Assembly: GCF_009914755.1 (NCBI RefSeq)
Contig: NC_060930.1
Strand: one strand, 5' to 3'
Source: the human T2T-CHM13v2.0 reference genome, Homo sapiens
Length of the DNA: 64,000 bases
The notes below the pieces were generated by a model, which saw only the letters and a program-made list of their open reading frames with translations, did not search any database and was not told where the DNA came from. The position numbers were made by a program, and so were the translations under genes. This document shows, in pieces, positions 56,728 to 64,000 of the stretch (its first letter is position 1; every line of letters begins with the position of its first letter).

Positions 56728-58619
56728 TTATAACATTCTAGGGCATATTACATTAAGAAGAAGTGCGTGAATCATAAAATAGGTTGGGGCATTGTAAAGC
56801 ACTTAAATTCATATTAAAATTGTTTTTTCTCATTACTGGGCTACTATTTTTCTTTTAAAACATATTTAGTTAACTTTTATAATATAAAATTTCAGTTAGG
56901 TAGGAAGTAGATACAATAATAAATATTTCCATCTTAGCCTCTTCTATACTTTCTATCAAATTTACTTTATTGAAGATTTTCTTCTTTGCTTTAACCACTT
57001 CGTTCATGATCCCAGAATTTACTATCTTAATGTCTTAGAGATTCTTTATTGTCTAAGAAGTTGCTTTCATTTACTCATTTTTTACAAGCAAGACCCCTAA
57101 TGTCCAGCTTTCCTGTGTTGTAGCAATTTCTTAACGTTTTGCTATGGAGTGACTAGCATTTGGATTAGCCTATTGGTCATTTTCTTACTTCCACTTATCT
57201 TGACTCTTCATTAATCCCCTATTTTTCCTTCTGTTGCTCCCTACTCCCACACTCAAATAATTACTGTTTTATTTTTACCCCAAACTTTCTCATGTTAAAT
57301 GAATCCCGTTTGACCCTGTTACCCCCAGATTCAATTCTATTTCAGAAACATTCAGGGTCTCTTTGTTTCTTCATATCTCTCAAACTTCATACGTTATGAT
57401 TTATTTGAGGTATTAAATTCCTCTCACCTGTTTTATTACTATATCCATGCATCTCCCACATCAATTTCTTTTTAATTCTGTTTTACACATGTAGTGTCTT
57501 TACTTTATAAGATACTATACCTAAACACCATTCGGAAAGACAGAGCATGAACAGTTTTGCCAAATATGAAGAAAAGAAGTGAACAGGGTGATGGGAGTGA
57601 GAGCAGGGAATTTTAGAGTTTACAGTTAAAAAAAATCTGCAACCACTTATTTGGGGCCCGAATGATTATTCTCATATTATGTGATTTAAAAAGGACTCAG
57701 AAAGGTAAGTGAGTTTAATTAATGTCATACAACTCGTAAGTGGCAACATATGGATATAAAATGAAAAATTCCTAATTTGACAGTCATTGTCTTCCCTTTA
57801 GATTGCGCCACCTTCTTCTGTGGACAAATAGATTCCAAATCTCCTGGCTTCTGGTTCTTTGTGGCACACTTTAGCTCACTGACACATGTTGCCAAAGGTG
57901 GTATAACAGGCTGAAGGTGAACTGCCTTTGAGGTAAGGCTGGATACCATTTCAAGGGCAGGCGTGGAACAGTAGTTATCATGAGTCAAACAGTTATGCTT
58001 TTAACACTAAATTCCAGGATTATTCTAATAGAACCCTTGTGTTCCTCTAGGGGATGAAATTGGAGCATAATCCTGATCGAAGCCCCTCCATATATTCTAG
58101 TTTTAAATGAGTGTGACAATAGAAGTCCTTGGGAGTTTATAACCTAGGACGACTGGTAGGGAATTTAAGCAAAGTGAATACAAATATTGCTTAAAAAATG
58201 AAAGGAGACTCAAATTCAATGATAAGAAAACATAAAAATTAAAATGGCACTGGTTTCCCGCTTAGGGTGTTTTAAAAATTAAAATGTTACTCGTAGGAGT
58301 AAGAGATGTTTGGTTAGATTGTCCTTTATAGGGAGTGGGCCCAATACCTTCAGTTTGTGAGCTATGATGGATGTAAGACCCCAGTGGCTTAAAGAGTGAA
58401 TGGGGAATGAAGGTGTGAGTGGAGCAGTCCTAGCCTTTTATTTTGTGTAACCTGGCTACAAAGAGAAATTAAGAAAAAGAGCAGGTTTTAAGGAGACACA
58501 AAAATAAGAGAGTGATTTTTTTTCCTTTAAAATTTTAATGTTAGATTATCAACATGTTTCTAGACTATGGTACAGAAGTTAGGAGAGGGTAGTTTAGCTT
58601 TTGGTAATAGATGTTAGGT

Positions 58620-59430
58620 AATTTAGATTAATATTTTATGAGAATTAGAAAACTTAGACCAGAAATAATCTTCTTAAAGATCTAACAATGCAAGGAAGAA
58701 TTCTGAGGCCACGATCTCATGGAAGACAGAAACCTACAAAAGTGATCATAGGTGTTTCACTAGGGATATCTACTGATTTCAGGAGATATAATTAAGAGGC
58801 TGAGAAGCTGAGAAGTTTTTGCTAGACTATTACAACTAAGCTTATATGAAATAGAGTCCAAAAACCACAGAAGTCCAATGTGTCTGGCAATTAATGAGAC
58901 TTTGGGTAGGGAATGAGAAGAACAGCATCTTAGAAGTAAGAGATTTTTGGTTAGATTCATCTCTATTGGTACTATATCCCTTATTGGCTGATGTTATCCT
59001 AAATTGCTAATGCTGTTAGCCACCTGCCAGAAATAAACTTATATTTTCCCTGGAGGAAGAGCAGCACAATTCTGGTCATAAAATTATTTATAAAATAAAA
59101 TTTCAAGCATTCAGTCAAAAATAAATGATCAAAGAGACATGAAAACATGATCAAAATTCAAAAGAAACAGGTAAGGGCAAGAGATTACATGAAAATCACA
59201 TAACAGAGTAATCAAAGATAGACTGTAAAATATTCTTTAAATTTTCGAGGTCATAACAAATAAGAAAGAGAATTAGAATTGAGAATTATGACAGAGAATA
59301 AGAAATTAAAAATAGAAATTTTAGAACTGAAAAAATACAACAATCACAGATAAGATGTCAATGAATGAATTCAATAGCATCTTAGACACAGCTGAAGAGA
59401 TAATTAATAAATCAGAAGATAGATATATTG
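58620..59430 (+). mobile_element. Old L1M 5'/ORF1-region relic (left part)
   Basis: A-rich; gaaattttagaactgaaaaaatacaa...aatagcatcttagacacagctgaagaga ORF1 coiled-coil motifs. Confidence 0.6.
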
Positions 59431-59436
59431 ATTTTT

Positions 59437-59707
<271 letters not shown>

Positions 59708-59708
59708 T

Positions 59709-60666
59709 CTCCTGATTTTTGTATGTTGACATTGTATCCTGCAACTTTACTAAATTTATGTATTGGTTCTAACAGTTTTTTGGTGGAGTCTTTAGGATTT
59801 TATATATACATGATCATGTTTGCAAACAGGGACAACTTGACTTCCTCTTTTTCAATATGAATGTTCTTTATCTCTTTCTGTTGCCTAATCGTTCTGGCTA
59901 AAACCTCTCATACTGTGTTAAATAAAAGTTGTGAAAGTGGGCATCTTTGTCTTATTCCATATCTTAGATGAAAAGGTTCTGACTTTTCCCCATTTAGTAC
60001 AATGTTAGTTGTTGGTTGCATTGTATGTCCTTTATTGTATTGTGGTATGTTCCTTCTGTACCCAATTTGTGGAGAGTTTTATTTATCATGAAGTGACATT
60101 GGATTGTATCAAATGCTTTTTCAGCATTTATTGAAATAGTCATATGGTTTCTGTCCTTCATTCTGTTGATGTGCTGTATCACAGTTATTGATTTGTATAT
60201 GTTGAACCATCCTTGCATCACTGAGATGAATCCCACCTGATCATGGTGAATAAGCTTTTTAACATGTTGTTGAGTTTAATGTGTTGCTAGTATTTTGTTG
60301 GAGATTTTTGTACCTATCTTCATCAGGTATACTGACCTTTAGTTTTCTTTCTTTCTTTCTTTTTTTTTTTTTTTTTTCCTTGTTTGGTTTTAGTATTAGG
60401 GTAATGCCGGGCTCGTGGAATGAGTTTGCAAGTATTCCCTCCTCTTTTTTGGGGGAGGTATAATTTGAGTAGAATTGTTATTAGTTCTTCTTTAAATGTT
60501 CAGTAGAATTCAGCAGTGACATCATTATGTCCCGAGCTTTTCTTTGACAGGAGACTTTTTATTATTGCTTTGATCTTATTACATATTATTGATCTGTTCA
60601 GGATTTCTATTTCTTTAGGATTCAATCTTGGTAAATTGTACATGTCTAGGAATCTATTTCTTCTAG
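59709..60666 (-). mobile_element. Inverted 5' segment of an L1MA-class element
   Basis: ORF 59994-60236 ([31 protein letters not shown]) is L1 RT on the minus strand. Confidence 0.9.
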
Positions 60667-62811
60667 AAGAAATCAAGAACAATACCGTTTACAATAGCTA
60701 CAAAAATAAACCTAGAAATAAACTTAAACAAGGAGGCGAAAGATCTCTGCAATAAAAACTATAAAACATTGATAAACAAAATTGAAGAAGACACAAATAA
60801 ACAAAGATACCTCATGTTTGTGGATTGAAGGAGGTATATTGTAAAAATGTCCATGTCACCCAAAGAGATCTAGAGATTCAATGCAATTCCTATCAAAATA
60901 TCAATGACTTTCTTTACAAAAAGAGAGACAATAATCTTAAAATTCATATGGAGATACAAAAGACCTTAGATAACCAAAGTAATTTTGAGCAAAAAGAGCA
61001 AAGCTGAAAATATCACACTACCTGACTTCAAAATATACTAAACAGCTATAGTAACCAAATCAGCATGGTATTGACCTTAAAAAGACACATAGAGCAATAG
61101 AAAAGAATAAAAAACCCAGAAATTAATCCATGCATTTACATTTTTGTTTGATTTTAAACAAAGGTGCCAAGAACAGATTTCAGGGAAAGGATATTCTCTT
61201 GAATAAATGATACTGGGAAAATCAAATAGCCAAATGCAGAACAATTAAACTAGTTACTTATCTCTCTATATAAAAATCAACTTTAAACGAATTAAACACT
61301 TAAATATAAGACCTGAAACTGTGAAAATACTAGAAGAAAACATTGGGGAAATACTTTATAAAATTGAACTGGATGAGAGTTTTGGGATAAAACCTCAAAA
61401 GCACAGGTAACAAAAGCAAAAATAGACAAACATTACATTAAACTAAAAAGCTTCTGCAAAGCAAAGGAAACAGTAAGAGTGAAGAGACAGCCTACAGAAT
61501 AGGAAAGAGTATTTGCAAATTCTGCATCTTACAACATGTTACTATCCAGAATATGAAAGAAACTCAAACAACTTAATAGCCAAAAAAACCCCAAAACAAA
61601 ACAAAACAAAAAAAACTCCAAACAATCCGATTTAAAGTGGGCAAAAGACTCATATAGATATTTCTCAAAAGAAGACATACAAATGGCTAACAGCTATATT
61701 AAAAAATGCTCAACATCACATACTATCCGGGAAATGCAAATCATAAATCACAATGAGATATCATCTCACCCCAGTTAGAATGGCTATTATAAAAAAGACA
61801 AAAAAATAACAAATGCTATTGAGGATGTGGAGAAACAGGAACTCTTATATACTGTTGGTGGGAATGTAAATTACTACAATTATTATGGAAAACAGTATGG
61901 AGGTTCTTCAAAAAACTAAAAAGCCAGAACTATCATATGATCCAGCAATCTCATTACTAGGTGTATAGTCAAAGGAAATGAAATCAGCATGTTGAAGATA
62001 TACGGCACTCCCATGTTTACCACAGCAGTATTCACAATAGCCAATATATGGTTTCAACCTAAGTGCCCATCTATAGATGAATGGACAAAGAACATTTGGT
62101 ATGTGTGTGTGTGTGTATATGTATATACACACATATCTCTTTAGTATATATGTATATACATATATACATTTATGTATACAATTATGTATATATGTATATA
62201 CATATATACATTTATGTATACAATTATGTATATATGTATATATGTGTATATATATGAAAATAGATATATATATATAAAATGGAATACTATTCAGCTGTAA
62301 AACAGAATGAAATCCTGTCATTTGTAGCAACATGGATGAACCTGGAGGACATCACATTAGGTGAAATAAACTAGGCAAAGAAAAATAAACACCGCATGAT
62401 CTCACTCATACATGAAATCTAAATATGTTGATTCTACAGAAGTAGAGAGTTAGAATAGTGGTTACCAGAGGCTGGGAAGAGTAGGGGGAAAGGAAGAATG
62501 GGGAGAGATTGGACAAAAAGTACAAAGTAACAGGAAGAATAAGTTTTGGTGTTCCATTACACAGTAGGGTGACTGTAGCTAATAATAATGTATTATGGCT
62601 CTAAATGTATTGTAGCTGTAATGTATTATAACTCTAAATAGTCAAGATAGCTTGACTATTATCATCCTAAAGAAGTGATAAATATTTACGGTGATGGACA
62701 TTCTAATTACCCTGATTTTATCATTATACAATGTATACATGCAGTTAAAATCACACTGTACCCCATAAATATGTACAATTATGATGTACACATAATAAAT
62801 ACAACAAAAAA
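60667..62811 (+). mobile_element. Non-inverted 3' segment of the L1MA-class element
   Basis: Sense ORF2 3' half and L1MA-type 3'UTR (ggttaccagaggctggga...ctaattaccctgatt...gtaccccataaatatgtacaatta). Confidence 0.92.
62100..62277. repeat. (TG)n/(TA)n-rich repeat with a 42-bp tandem duplication, inside the L1MA
   Basis: tatatatgtatatacatatatacatttatgtatacaattatg occurs twice (62145-62228). Confidence 0.85.
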
Positions 62812-63740
62812 TGAAGAATATTCATACAAGAAAATACCCAAAACAAAGCATGGAGAGAAAAATAAAGCATGGAGAGAAAAAACCACAGACGAGAGGCAAG
62901 AAATATCTAATATACAAATAAGGAAGCCTTAAACTAATATCATTGGAATCTCAGGAAGAAAAGAGAGAATGAGTTAAAACCAATATTTGAGAATTTTCTA
63001 AAATTAACATAAGACATTAAGTCACAGACTCAAGAATCCCGAATATGGCAAATACAATGATTACCGCATTTAGAAATATCAAAATAAAACCAAAGACAGA
63101 AAAATCTTAAAAGGCAGATAGAGGCGAAAAATATTATCTTGAAAGGAACAACCATTCAATGGAGAGAGATCTTAACAGAAACAAGAAAGCCAAAGACTGT
63201 GGAATGAATCCTGATCACCTTGGAGCAGACCTTGAATTTCACCACCAATGAAAATACCCTTGAAGAATGAAGGTTAAGAATAAAAAATTTCAGATAACAA
63301 AAACAGAGGAATTTATCATCACCAGATCTACACTAATGTTAAGTACCAAACAATGTTTTTCAGGCAGACGATGAATGATTACAGATGGAAACTCAAGGAA
63401 GAGGGAAGGAGTGAAAAGGAAAAATATGTAACTGAATAAAAATCGGTAATTAGTGCAACAACCTACCATATATATCAAGGCAAAGGTTATTAGTAGAGAT
63501 TAAGGGAGTTTTATTAATAACACTAAATGTAATTCACCAGGAAGATAAAACAATCCTAATTCTGGCTATGTATACATTGTATGTATAGGAAAGCCACACG
63601 ATATATAAAGCAAAAATTAATAGAGGCAAAAGGAAAAACAGATTCCCAATCATAGCAGAAGATTTTTAACACATTTCTTTCAGTAAATGACAGAATAAGC
63701 ACCTAAAAAAGTACTGCACCAGACAACTATATTCTTTTCA
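62812..63740 (+). mobile_element. Old L1M ORF1/ORF2-start relic (right part of the host L1)
   Basis: attggaatctcaggaagaaaagagagaatg...caatatttga...aaagacagaaaaatcttaaa; gaagataaaacaatccta...tatataaagcaaaaattaataga. Confidence 0.65.
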
Positions 63741-64000
63741 AAAACCAGGGAGAGATTGAAAATAGATGAGAGCAGGGGACTGCCCTTCCTCCAACAGCTC
63801 ACTCCTCAGCCCTCTGGAGCTACTTGGGTATCCTCAACGTGCCGGTCTTACACATGGCACTATCACTTGAATTTCCTAGCTTTCCTCAACAGGTGAATTC
63901 TTATTAATTTTTTTCAAATACTTGGTTCAGACATAAATCCCTTGTTATTTCTCTCTTCTCTTCTGGGCTGTTTTAGAACCTGGATAATACTTGGGTTGTA

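Noticed and set aside
57695-57712. Consensus splice donor AAG|GTAAGT
   Set aside because: Lies in a decayed MIR-like core (ctcagaaaggtaagtga) with no convincing upstream acceptor. The minus-strand donor at ~3132-3140 is rejected for the same reason.
62587-62882. Short tandem duplications (aatgtatt...ct three times; aaagcatggagagaaaaa twice); also 54446-54478 and 2889-2907
   Set aside because: Ordinary slippage duplications with no further structure.

Overview
Primate (human-like) genomic DNA that is AT-rich, repeat-dense and apparently intronic or intergenic. I can support no protein-coding gene, tRNA, rRNA or CRISPR array: the ORF track is explained by Alu, L1 and LTR fragments and by chance ORFs. 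The window holds 11 Alus plus a 9-nt orphan Alu tail with a perfect target-site duplication (TSD), a short young L1PA, two L1s with 5' inversions, older L1M, L2 and MIR relics, solo LTRs (MLT2A, MST, MLT1, others), hAT transposons (MER58, MER96B) and a ~970-bp almost pure AT array. The most unusual signal is four separate 135-270 bp insertions copied from donors 0.6-4 kb away (18959->22936, 35906/35950->37751 inside an Alu, 39320->40894 inside a MIR, 45003/46563->45776 inside an L1). They show microhomology, strand switching and filler DNA, consistent with fossil template-switch or break-repair events. I did not find a new gene-encoded system. Repeat subfamily names are from recalled consensus sequences, and boundaries of old repeats are approximate.
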